In this document: one piece after another, positions 18,060 to 26,044 of the stretch
How the letters are laid out: every line of letters starts with the position of its first letter
Position numbering within the stretch: the first letter of the stretch is position 1
Source: Candidatus Electronema aureum
GTDB lineage: Bacteria; Desulfobacterota; Desulfobulbia; Desulfobulbales; Desulfobulbaceae
Reading direction: 5' to 3'
Assembly (NCBI GenBank): GCA_004284765.1
Contig: NQJD01000001.1
Coordinates: 120,001 to 152,000 of the forward strand
DNA length: 32,000 nt
Made by a program: the position numbers and the translations under genes
Notes under the pieces: model-generated
What the model saw: only the letters and a program-made list of their open reading frames with translations
Told to the model about the DNA's origin: nothing
Databases searched by the model: none

Positions 18060-19355
18060 GTGAAGTTTCAAACTGTCAACGGCTTTAAAGACATTCTGCC
18101 CGACGAGGCAGTTCGCTGGCGGCGGCTTGAGGAACAGGCCCGCGCCGTCTTCCGTCGTTTTGGCCTGCGAGAAATCCGCGTCCCCATCATAGAAAGCACT
18201 GAGCTGTTCGCTCGTGCCATTGGTGAAGCCACAGACGTGGTAGAAAAGGAGATGTACACCTTTGCCGACAAGGGTCTCACTTTACGGCCAGAGGCTACTG
18301 CCGGGCTGCTGCGGGCGTATATTGAACACGGCCTGCATGTGCAGCAGCCGGTGCAACGGCTCTTTACCATTGGCCCGATGTTCCGCCATGAGCGCCCGCA
18401 GAAAGGCCGTCAGCGGCAGTTCCACCAAATTGACGTAGAAATCATCGGTGCGAGCGAGCCGGGCATTGATGCCGAGCTGATGGCAATGGCGCAAATGCTT
18501 CTCAATGAGCTGGGCCTGAAAGTCAGCTTAGAGATCAATTCCATCGGTTGCCCGCAATGCAGGCCCGGTTTTCGCACGAAGCTGGTTGAATACCTGAATA
18601 AACGACTTGACGGTCTTTGTGAGGACTGCCGCCGCCGTATTCATACCAATCCCCTCCGCGCCTTAGATTGCAAAAACAAGGGCTGTAAAGAAACCGTGCA
18701 GGCCGCGCCTTCCATTCTTGACAGCCTTTGCTCGGACTGCGACACGCATTTTGCTTTTGTGCGCCAACAGTTAGATGCGCTGGGCGTGCAGTACGCTCTC
18801 AACCGCTTCATGGTGCGTGGCTTGGATTATTATACCCGCACTACCTTTGAATTCATTACCAACGAGCTTGGTGCGCAATCGGCGGTGGCTGCTGGTGGCC
18901 GCTATGATGGTTTAATTGAACAGCTCGGCGGGCCAGCGAAAATGCCCGGCATTGGCTTTGGCATGGGTATGGAGCGCATCGTGCTGTTAATGGAACAGCA
19001 GGCGGACAAAGAAGAAAGCGCAGACCGCGCTGATTGTTTTGTCGCTGCGCTGGGCGGGCAGGCTTTGACCTTTGCTGCGCCGTTTGTCCACCAACTCCGT
19101 TGTCTCGGTTTTGTCGCTGCCATTGATTACAGTTGCCGTAGTCTGAAAGCCCAGATGAAGCAGGCTGACCGGGTGAAAGCACGTTTTGTGCTGATGATCG
19201 GGGAAGAAGAAATTGCCCGTCAAGAAGCTGCGTTGCGGAACATGGGTACTCAGGAGCAGAGCGCGTTTTCTTTGCATGGCACTGCTGGAGAGCTGGCAGC
19301 AAGATTGGCAGAGCTGATTACGGAGAAGGGAAAACATGAGCAAGCATACTGTTGA
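18060..19355 (+). CDS. hisS: Histidine--tRNA ligase
   Basis: The GTG at 18060 lies 8 nt after AGGAGG (18046..18051). (M)KFQTVNGFKDILPDEA...DVVEKEMYTF...LTLRPEATAG...GPMFRHERPQKGRQRQFHQ matches HisRS motifs 1 and 2. The upstream in-frame ATG at 17994 would add 22 non-conserved residues. Confidence 0.9.
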   Translation: MKFQTVNGFKDILPDEAVRWRRLEEQARAVFRRFGLREIRVPIIESTELFARAIGEATDVVEKEMYTFADKGLTLRPEATAGLLRAYIEHGLHVQQPVQRLFTIGPMFRHERPQKGRQRQFHQIDVEIIGASEPGIDAELMAMAQMLLNELGLKVSLEINSIGCPQCRPGFRTKLVEYLNKRLDGLCEDCRRRIHTNPLRALDCKNKGCKETVQAAPSILDSLCSDCDTHFAFVRQQLDALGVQYALNRFMVRGLDYYTRTTFEFITNELGAQSAVAAGGRYDGLIEQLGGPAKMPGIGFGMGMERIVLLMEQQADKEESADRADCFVAALGGQALTFAAPFVHQLRCLGFVAAIDYSCRSLKAQMKQADRVKARFVLMIGEEEIARQEAALRNMGTQEQSAFSLHGTAGELAARLAELITEKGKHEQAYC

Positions 19356-20550
19356 AGTCATGGTTGGCAAGGTTGGCATAGGCGGAATCAATCCCGTCAG
19401 AATTCAATCTATGACCAACACGCTAACGGCAGATGTTGAAGCCACTGTTGAGCAGATTATTGAGCTACATGAAGCAGGCAGCGAGATTGTTAGATTCACT
19501 GTTAAAGATGAAGACGATGCTCAGGCTGTTCCGCATATACGAAAGAGGCTAGTTGAAAAAGGATGCGATGTTCCAATTGTCGGAGATTTTCATTACAACG
19601 GACATCTCCTGCTGACCAAATATCCAGATTGTGCTCAGTCTTTAGATAAATTCAGGATAAATCCTGGGAACGTTGGTTCTGGCGAACATCATGATCAGAA
19701 CTTTGTCACCTTTATTGAACAGGCGATCAAATATGACAAGCCGATTCGCATCGGTGTTAATGCAGGAAGCAAGGATGAAAGCATTTTTGAAAGGCTTCTT
19801 CAGGAAAATGCAGCAAAGCCGAGTTCTGAGCAAAAGACAAGCCAGCAGCTTGTCGTAGATACGATGGTTGTCAGTGCCTTGGAATCCGTGAAAATGGCCG
19901 AGCGAATCGGCCTGCCTCATAACAAGATAGTGCTTTCGGTCAAAGTCAGCAAAGCTCCAGAAATGATTGCAGCAAACCGTCAATTATCCGCGCTGACAGA
20001 TTTGCCGCTGCATCTGGGAGTTACCGAAGCAGGTATGGGAATAAAAGGGGCAGTTGCGTCAACAGCCGGACTGAGTGTGCTGCTTGCTGAAGGAATCGGA
20101 GATACCATCCGCACTTCCTTGACACCATCGCCCGGAAGTTCCCGCACAGAAGAAGTTATTATCTGTCAGCAGGTACTGCAATTCCTTGGGATGCGTCATT
20201 CTCTCCCTACAGTGACCAGTTGCCCCGGCTGCGGCAGAACAAATTCTTCTGTCTTTCAGGAGATTGCCAAAGAAATTACTGATTATTTGCTGCAACAAAC
20301 CCCAGTCTGGAAGAAAAAAGGGTACAGGGGATTTGAGATGATGGTGGTTGCTGTCATGGGATGTATTGTCAATGGCCCTGGTGAAAGCAAAGATGCTAAT
20401 ATCGGTTTGTGTCTGCCGGGAACAGGGGAAAATTCTGTTTCGCCGGTATATGCAGATGGCAAGAAAATTGCGATGTTGTCCGGCAGTAGCAGGATTGCGG
20501 ACTTCAAACAAATGATTGAAGAGTATGTAGAAAGTCATTATCGGGTTTAG
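19336..20550 (+). CDS. ispG: 4-hydroxy-3-methylbut-2-en-1-yl diphosphate synthase (flavodoxin)
   Basis: 404 aa. VGKVGIGGINPVRIQSMTNT, FRINPGN, and C-terminal Fe-S cysteines (TSCPGCGRT ... GCIVNGPGE). It overlaps the hisS 3' end by 20 nt. Confidence 0.9.
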   Translation: MSKHTVEVMVGKVGIGGINPVRIQSMTNTLTADVEATVEQIIELHEAGSEIVRFTVKDEDDAQAVPHIRKRLVEKGCDVPIVGDFHYNGHLLLTKYPDCAQSLDKFRINPGNVGSGEHHDQNFVTFIEQAIKYDKPIRIGVNAGSKDESIFERLLQENAAKPSSEQKTSQQLVVDTMVVSALESVKMAERIGLPHNKIVLSVKVSKAPEMIAANRQLSALTDLPLHLGVTEAGMGIKGAVASTAGLSVLLAEGIGDTIRTSLTPSPGSSRTEEVIICQQVLQFLGMRHSLPTVTSCPGCGRTNSSVFQEIAKEITDYLLQQTPVWKKKGYRGFEMMVVAVMGCIVNGPGESKDANIGLCLPGTGENSVSPVYADGKKIAMLSGSSRIADFKQMIEEYVESHYRV

Positions 20551-20558
20551 GGAAACGA

Positions 20559-20588
20559 TTTGTTTTGATAAGCAAAACAACAAGAGAG
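20559..20588. repeat. Left copy of the imperfect direct repeat flanking the AT-rich islet
   Basis: TTTGTTTTGA-taa-GCAAAACAACAAGAGAG, which also forms the hairpin TTGTTTTG/CAAAACAA. Compare with 23540..23570. Confidence 0.6.
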
Positions 20589-20596
20589 TTGGTTAT

Positions 20597-20854
20597 ATGC
20601 AAATGCTTTCACTTTCAATACCGTACAGTAATGATCTGTTAGTCTCTACAGGTCAGTCGAAAGAGAATCTTGAACAGGATTTGTGCGTCCTGCTGGCGGT
20701 CAAACTCTTTGAGTTGCGCCGTCTTTCACTGGGCAAGGCCGCACAGATTGGCGGGATGAGCAAGCTGCGTTTTATGGAAGAGCTGGAACGTATGGGCATT
20801 CCGGTCATCAATCTTGATGATGGGCAGATTGAGGAAGAACTGCGAGATGCGTGA
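20597..20854 (+). CDS. UPF0175-family antitoxin-like protein
   Basis: 85 aa. ...LLAVKLFELRRLSLGKAAQIGGMSKLRFMEELERMGIPVINLD is the characteristic UPF0175 (PF03683) HTH-like C-terminus. It overlaps the downstream PIN-like gene by 8 nt (ATGCGTGA). Confidence 0.7.
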   Translation: MQMLSLSIPYSNDLLVSTGQSKENLEQDLCVLLAVKLFELRRLSLGKAAQIGGMSKLRFMEELERMGIPVINLDDGQIEEELRDA

Positions 20855-21341
20855 AATCATCGCCGTTGCCGACAGCGGTCCGCTGATCTGTTTATCGAAA
20901 ATTGACCAGCTTGAGCTACTGCCAGCCTTGTTTGCCAAAATTCTTGTACCGCCGGAAGTCTGGCGCGAAGTAACTGTACGCGGCAGACTGCATCCCGGAG
21001 CGGACAAAGTGAGCCAAGCGACATGGATCATTATTCAAGAGCCTGATCCTCAGTTAGTCAAGCCACTGAGCATTCTTGCGGATGCAGGGGAAGCGCAGGC
21101 TATAGCCTTGGCGCAGACACTCGAAGGCTGCACCGTTCTTTTGGATGATTCGCGAGCCAGAAAGATTGCCGAGCGGTTGGGTATCAAGCAGATCGGCACG
21201 GTGGGACTATTGCTGCGGGCCAAGCGGCGGGGACTGATAGAGCGCATTAGGCCGCATATTGAGGCATTGATTGAAAACGGGATTTATATCCGCAAGGAGC
21301 TGATTGAGGCGGTGCTGAAGGAAGCCGGTGAAACAGAGTGA
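20847..21341 (+). CDS. DUF3368-family PIN-like nuclease (toxin partner of UPF0175)
   Basis: The ATG at 20847 gives MREIIAVADSGPLICLSKIDQLELLPALFAKILVPPEVWREV...GEAQAIALA...LLDDSRARKIAERLGI...GTVGLL. This is the DUF3368/PIN-like pattern with acidic residues at the expected positions. It forms the canonical pairing with UPF0175. Confidence 0.7.
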   Translation: MREIIAVADSGPLICLSKIDQLELLPALFAKILVPPEVWREVTVRGRLHPGADKVSQATWIIIQEPDPQLVKPLSILADAGEAQAIALAQTLEGCTVLLDDSRARKIAERLGIKQIGTVGLLLRAKRRGLIERIRPHIEALIENGIYIRKELIEAVLKEAGETE

Positions 21342-21405
21342 GGCAAACCCAAACTCTGGCGCAGCAGCAAAAAGAAATGTTGAAAAAACTGCTAAGGGTT
21401 TAGGT

Positions 21406-21622
21406 ATGGATTTGGATTCCTTGATTGATCAAATCATTGGGGATGCGGAGCCAGCTATTCTGCTGAATGACAAAGGAAGCTCAAGAGCTTCGGGAACATT
21501 TGAGCAATCAGGAATTGAAGGATCTGAATTATTTTCTCATGGCGAAGGTGGAGCACGGCACGGTTGTCTGGCCGCACGAGCAGGATATCTGCCCAGACAC
21601 CCTGTATTTGGAAGGAAAATAA
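21406..21622 (+). pseudogene. DUF2442-family gene, apparently frameshifted
   Basis: The frame starting at ATG 21467 (preceded immediately by TGA) reads MTKEAQELREHLSNQELKDLNYFLMAKVEHGTVVWPHEQDICPDTLYLEGK. This matches the DUF2442 C-terminal signature (F.ELKD..YF..V....G.V.WP.G.D..P..LY). The expected N-terminal strand (..AILLNDKG) is in another frame from ATG 21406. The listed 100-aa ORF 21328..21630 is a composite that reads through the wrong frame. Confidence 0.45.
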
Positions 21623-21742
21623 ATCGATAAGGAATGCGCAGCGCGGTTTGAACTGACGATGTTTGCCGACTTCCAATCACAAAAAAATGTTGAATTTTGC
21701 TTTGCTTCTTCCAAAACTACGTAAGGATAATCAAAAAAGAAT

Positions 21743-23485
21743 ATGAAGACATCAAATTGCAGCACATTAACTCTCCTTGATTTGATCAAATCAAGAAAGT
21801 ATAGAATACCTCAGTTTCAGAGAAACTTTAGATGGACACCAGCACAAGTAAAGTTATTAATAGATAGTATGGCGAGGAATTACCCAATGGGTTCTTTGTT
21901 AGTCATGGCTAAAAATGAGCAACTGCCGATGCATTCTAGGTATATTGATGCAACTATAGATATTTCAAGCGTTGAAGAAGACAAAGGTGCTGATAACATT
22001 TTTTATGTCCTTGATGGGCAGCAAAGGTTGACATCTATTGCGCGTGTTTTTCTTAATGGAGATAAAAATAGAACATTTTATTTTGATTTAAAAAAAATGA
22101 TAGAAGGGATTATCGATAAAGATGATGATACTTCATGGATTGTAACGCGTTCTAAAAATTTAGAAAGCCTTGATAAAGGAAGGTTTCTCAGAGCAGATAT
22201 TGCCGTATCAAACAGCAAAAATACGGAAATCTATGTGTATAGATACATACAAAATTCTGGGGAGTTTGTTTCTTGGGAAGGAAACATGGAGTTGCAATGT
22301 GAGGCTGCTGCAAAAATAAAAGATATCTTTGAAGGATTACGTAAATATCAGATTCCAATTGTAGAATTGGAATCTGATGCTGGATTAAAGTCTATCTGCC
22401 GAGTATTTGAAACAATCAACTCAACAGGAACAAGATTAACTACCTTTGATTTAGCTGTAGCTCGATTCTTTCCAAAACCAGACCTTAAAGCTAAATGGGA
22501 AGATGCAAGAAGTTTGCATCCAGTTCTTGGAGAATTTGATGTGGACGGCGAGAGGGTGTTGCAGATTATAGTTCTTAGATATGCTGAAGAAAAAGAAAAA
22601 AATAACAGCGCATTTGTCGAAGTAAACCGAGGTACACAATTACAACTTTCCCCAAATTATATAGAAGAAAATTGGAATGAAGCAGTAAAAGCACTTGTTC
22701 GTGCCTTTGAATGGGCAAAAAGTATGGGTGCTCGTCCAAAAACATTGACGAATCATGCTCTATTGGTAGCTATAGCTGCCCACTGGTGTGCTCGTCCGAT
22801 GCTGCCGCCTGATCATCTTTTGCTGAAAAGATGGTTTTTTAGCAATTTACTCCAGCCAGGAGCTACGCAAGCATCCAATTATAGAATTAGTCGCTATTTT
22901 AAATTGCTTCGTGATCTCGCAGCAGGAAAAACTGACCGAGAGATTATTCCTACTGTATATATCACAATAGAAATTATCCTTGGATTAACTCAAGGTTCTG
23001 ACAGTCGGTTCAAGGCGTTGCAATGCATACTTTCTGCTGCGGTCAGTGAAGATTTATACAGCGGGGAACCTTTGGTAAATGAAGATATAGAAGAACATCA
23101 TATTTATCCAAAAGCATACTGCGAACGAGAAAAATTAAATGATAAACTGCGAGAATCAATTGTAAATCGAATTGTTCTTTCTAAGAAGAGCAATAGAAAA
23201 ATTCTTGATACTTCTCCGGGAAAATATTTTAGCGAAATTATCAATCGAGCACAGGAGAGTGGAACTGTTCCCGGCACCATTGCTCGTCTGCGTGCCTGTT
23301 TTATTCCAAATAGTTATTCCAAAGAATTTAATGAGTTGAGTAAAATCACAGAGCAGTTTACTCCTGCTCAATTTGAAATCTTTATGAATAATAGAGCGAA
23401 GCTTATCTTGGAAGAAATTCAAATGGTTATAGGAGATTCTTTAGAAACTAAACAGAAATTAGAAAACGATGACGATGATGAATAA
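21743..23485 (+). CDS. GmrSD-like type IV restriction enzyme (N-terminal DUF262 ParB-like NTPase plus C-terminal DUF1524 His-Me finger nuclease)
   Basis: 580 aa. DUF262 motifs YRIPQFQRNFRWT and FYVLDGQQRLTSI. C-terminal EEHHIYPKA...VNRIVLSKKSNRKI matches the DUF1524/HNH-like pattern. The gene is markedly AT-rich relative to its flanks. Confidence 0.8.
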   Translation: MKTSNCSTLTLLDLIKSRKYRIPQFQRNFRWTPAQVKLLIDSMARNYPMGSLLVMAKNEQLPMHSRYIDATIDISSVEEDKGADNIFYVLDGQQRLTSIARVFLNGDKNRTFYFDLKKMIEGIIDKDDDTSWIVTRSKNLESLDKGRFLRADIAVSNSKNTEIYVYRYIQNSGEFVSWEGNMELQCEAAAKIKDIFEGLRKYQIPIVELESDAGLKSICRVFETINSTGTRLTTFDLAVARFFPKPDLKAKWEDARSLHPVLGEFDVDGERVLQIIVLRYAEEKEKNNSAFVEVNRGTQLQLSPNYIEENWNEAVKALVRAFEWAKSMGARPKTLTNHALLVAIAAHWCARPMLPPDHLLLKRWFFSNLLQPGATQASNYRISRYFKLLRDLAAGKTDREIIPTVYITIEIILGLTQGSDSRFKALQCILSAAVSEDLYSGEPLVNEDIEEHHIYPKAYCEREKLNDKLRESIVNRIVLSKKSNRKILDTSPGKYFSEIINRAQESGTVPGTIARLRACFIPNSYSKEFNELSKITEQFTPAQFEIFMNNRAKLILEEIQMVIGDSLETKQKLENDDDDE

Positions 23486-23539
23486 TCAGCAAGCCCGTCC
23501 TCTTAACTCCAATGGGACGGCCACGCAAAGCGGTCGCCC

Positions 23540-23570
23540 TTTGTTTTGAATTTCCCCGCAAACAAAGAGA
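23540..23570. repeat. Right copy of the imperfect direct repeat flanking the AT-rich islet
   Basis: TTTGTTTTGA-atttcccc-GCAAACAAAGAGAC, which forms the hairpin CTTTGTTT/AAACAAAG. Compare with 20559..20588. Confidence 0.6.
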
Positions 23571-23575
23571 CATCA

Positions 23576-25360
23576 ATGGACTCACTCGGCGCGCTGCGGC
23601 GCACACATAACTGCAACACTCTCGGCCTCGACAACCTGAATCAGGAGGTCGTTCTCATGGGCTGGGTTCTTCGCCGCCGCGACCACGGCGGGGTTATCTT
23701 CATCGACCTCCGCGACCGCTGGGGCATCACCCAGATTGTGTTCAACCCAGAAGTCAACCCTGAGCCGCACGCCAAGGCGCACCAGCTACGCTCCGAGTGG
23801 GTTCTGGCGGTCAAAGGCAAGGTCGAGGCGCGGCCCGGCGACATGGAGAACCCAAAGCTGAAGACCGGGGCGATTGAAATCATGGTCAGCGAGCTGCGCA
23901 TCCTCAACACGAGCAAAACTCCGCCCTTCCCGCTCGACGAAGACAGCGAGGTTTCGGACAATATCCGCTTGCAATACCGCTATCTTGACCTGCGGCGGCC
24001 CGAAATCGGAGCCAACCTCGTCATGCGGCACACGGCGACGCAGGCTGCGCGGAGCTTCCTCTGCGAGAACGGCTTCTTGGAAATTGAAACGCCGATGCTG
24101 ACGCGCTCCACGCCGGAAGGGGCGCGTGATTATCTGGTGCCGAGCCGGGTTAATGCGGGCAAATTTTTTGCTCTGCCGCAGTCGCCGCAGCTTTTCAAGC
24201 AGTTGCTGATGATGGGCGGCATGGACCGCTATTTCCAGATCGTCAAATGCTTCCGCGACGAAGACCTGCGCGCCGACCGCCAGCCAGAATTCACCCAGAT
24301 CGACCTTGAGCTGAGTTTTGTCGGCGAGGACGACATCATGGCCATTGCCGAGGGCTTGGTAAAACAGGTTTTCGCGGCAACTCGCGGCATTGCGCTGAAC
24401 CCGCCGTTCCCGCGCATGAGCTATCAGGAGGCTATTTCGCGCTATGGCAACGACAAGCCGGACACCCGTTTCGGCTTGGAATTAGTTGATTTGACCGAGA
24501 AACTGCGCGGCTGCGGCTTCAAGGTCTTCAACGCGGTCATCGAAGGCGGCGGCATTGTCAAGGCGATCAACGCCAAGGGCTGCGGCACGTTCTCGCGCAA
24601 GGACTTGGATGATTTGACGAATTACGCGGGCACTTTCGGGGCCAAGGGCATGGCTTGGATCAAGGTCAAGGAGGACGAGTGGCAGTCGCCGATCACCAAA
24701 TTTTTCAATGAAAACGAGATCGAGGCGATGCGCCAAGCCCTCAATGCCGAGCCGGGCGATTTGATCCTCTTCGGCGCGGACAGCGTGGCGGTGGTCAATC
24801 AGGTGCTTTCCGAGCTGCGCCTTGAGCTGGGCCGACGCTTGAATTTAACGGACAATTCCGTCTTCAATTTCCTCTGGGTTACAGATTTCCCGCTGGTCGA
24901 GTTCGATGCCGAGCGCAAACGCTACGCTGCGGTGCATCATCCCTTCACTGCGCCATTAGATGAAGACCTTGAGCTGCTCGAAACCGAGCCGCTCAAAGTC
25001 CGCAGCCGGGCTTACGATCTTGTTCTCAACGGCAGCGAGATCGGCGGCGGCTCCATCCGCATCCACACCACGGAAATGCAGGCTAAGATGCTCAATCTGC
25101 TCGGCATTGCCGATGAAGAGGCGGAGGAAAAGTTCGGCTTCCTCCTCCGCGCCCTCGAATTCGGCGCGCCTCCGCACGGCGGCATCGCTTTCGGCCTCGA
25201 CCGCCTGATGATGATGCTCACCGGCTCCGGCTCCATCCGCGACGTGATCGCCTTCCCGAAAACCCAGAAGGCCACCTGCCCGCTCACCGACGCGCCCGGC
25301 TCTGTCGCCAGAAAGCAGCTCACCGAGCTGCACCTCCGGCCTGACTGGAAGGAAGCGTAA
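23576..25360 (+). CDS. aspS: Aspartate--tRNA ligase
   Basis: The ATG at 23576 gives MDSLGALRRTHNCNTLGLDNLNQEVVLMGWVLRRRDHGGVIFIDLRDRWG.... Class II motifs are FFALPQSPQLFKQLLM, FRDEDLRADRQPEFTQ and GGGSIRIH...GLDRL. The track start at 23546 is a TTG lying in the repeat. Confidence 0.92.
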   Translation: MDSLGALRRTHNCNTLGLDNLNQEVVLMGWVLRRRDHGGVIFIDLRDRWGITQIVFNPEVNPEPHAKAHQLRSEWVLAVKGKVEARPGDMENPKLKTGAIEIMVSELRILNTSKTPPFPLDEDSEVSDNIRLQYRYLDLRRPEIGANLVMRHTATQAARSFLCENGFLEIETPMLTRSTPEGARDYLVPSRVNAGKFFALPQSPQLFKQLLMMGGMDRYFQIVKCFRDEDLRADRQPEFTQIDLELSFVGEDDIMAIAEGLVKQVFAATRGIALNPPFPRMSYQEAISRYGNDKPDTRFGLELVDLTEKLRGCGFKVFNAVIEGGGIVKAINAKGCGTFSRKDLDDLTNYAGTFGAKGMAWIKVKEDEWQSPITKFFNENEIEAMRQALNAEPGDLILFGADSVAVVNQVLSELRLELGRRLNLTDNSVFNFLWVTDFPLVEFDAERKRYAAVHHPFTAPLDEDLELLETEPLKVRSRAYDLVLNGSEIGGGSIRIHTTEMQAKMLNLLGIADEEAEEKFGFLLRALEFGAPPHGGIAFGLDRLMMMLTGSGSIRDVIAFPKTQKATCPLTDAPGSVARKQLTELHLRPDWKEA

Positions 25361-25376
25361 GCGGACGATGTTTCGC

Positions 25377-25406
25377 AAGGGCGGGCCGATGGATCCGCCC
25401 TTTTTT
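25377..25406 (+). terminator. Rho-independent terminator of aspS
   Basis: Stem AAGGGCGG (25377..25384) / CCGCCCTT (25395..25402) running into TTTTTT. Confidence 0.75.
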
Positions 25407-25697
25407 ATTCCCCTGGCAGGGCAGACGCAGAAATTAACACCCATCTACTCGAAAATAAAACAAAATCAGACTGCGCCAAGATCGAATCTTTCAATTTGAA
25501 AATCTAATTTTTGGACAAAATTATCGAAAAATTAGATTTCGACATCGAAACTTTCGATAATTTTATTGACGCGCTCAATGTCGGAATTGAGCTGTTCGAT
25601 GTTGTTGTTGAGCGGGTTGATTTCGGAGCAGACGGGTTCGTTGCCTGAAAGTTACGGCGGCGGGTTTGGCCGCTGAAATTTTCCTGCTATTTTTTGC

Positions 25698-25726
25698 TTG
25701 ACAGCCCTGCTTTACCGAAATAAACT
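25698..25726 (+). promoter_or_regulatory. Near-consensus sigma70 promoter upstream of the 25766 ORF
   Basis: TTGACA (25698..25703), then exactly 17 nt, then TAAACT (25721..25726). Confidence 0.5.
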
Positions 25727-25765
25727 CAGTGGTTGTTCCCCATAAATCCTTGCAGAGAGGCCACC

Positions 25766-26044
25766 ATGTCGGAAAAGACCCCAACTGAACAGATCGCTGA
25801 ACTGCTGGGGGTGGAATTCCTGCCCCTGCTTGAACCCTCCGACGTGCGGGAATTGCAGAAGGCTCTGCCCGGATATCAGGCAGTTGCCGACGATGCGGCC
25901 CGCTTCGCCCAGAAGCATAAAGACACCCTCAAGCTCGACAAAGTCCGCGCCTCCATTGAGCAGGGCCTCGCCGATGTCGCCCGCCTTGAGCCGGTCGAGC
26001 ATCTCCTCGAAAAGCTCTATCTTTCCGTCTATCATCAGCGGTGA
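25766..26044 (+). CDS. Hypothetical protein (92 aa), with its stop at the edge of the IS30 remnant
   Basis: The ATG at 25766 lies 6 nt after GAGAGG. Third-position GC-rich codon usage resembles the host genes. MSEKTPTEQIAELLGVEFLPLLEPSDVRELQKALPGYQAV... I recognise no family. The TGA at 26042..26044 abuts the IS30 inverted repeat, so the native C-terminus may be lost. Confidence 0.5.
   Translation: MSEKTPTEQIAELLGVEFLPLLEPSDVRELQKALPGYQAVADDAARFAQKHKDTLKLDKVRASIEQGLADVARLEPVEHLLEKLYLSVYHQR

Noticed and set aside
21328-21630. 100-aa ORF listed in the track
   Set aside because: Only its first part may be coding. The conserved DUF2442 C-terminus is in a different frame (21467..21622), so the listed ORF is a composite read-through of a frameshifted gene.
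25440-25660. AT-rich stretch with many TCGA/ATCGAA motifs and a 13-bp inverted repeat (AAATCTAATTTTT / AAAAATTAGATTT), considered as an iteron array or origin
   Set aside because: On the minus strand the motifs are explained by repeated Ile-Glu/Phe-Asp codons of a start-less 37-codon coding tail (..NEPVCSEINPLNNNIEQLNSDIERVNKIIESFDVEI*). The inverted repeat sits right after its stop like a terminator. It is most simply the 3' remnant of a lost gene, not a regulatory array.
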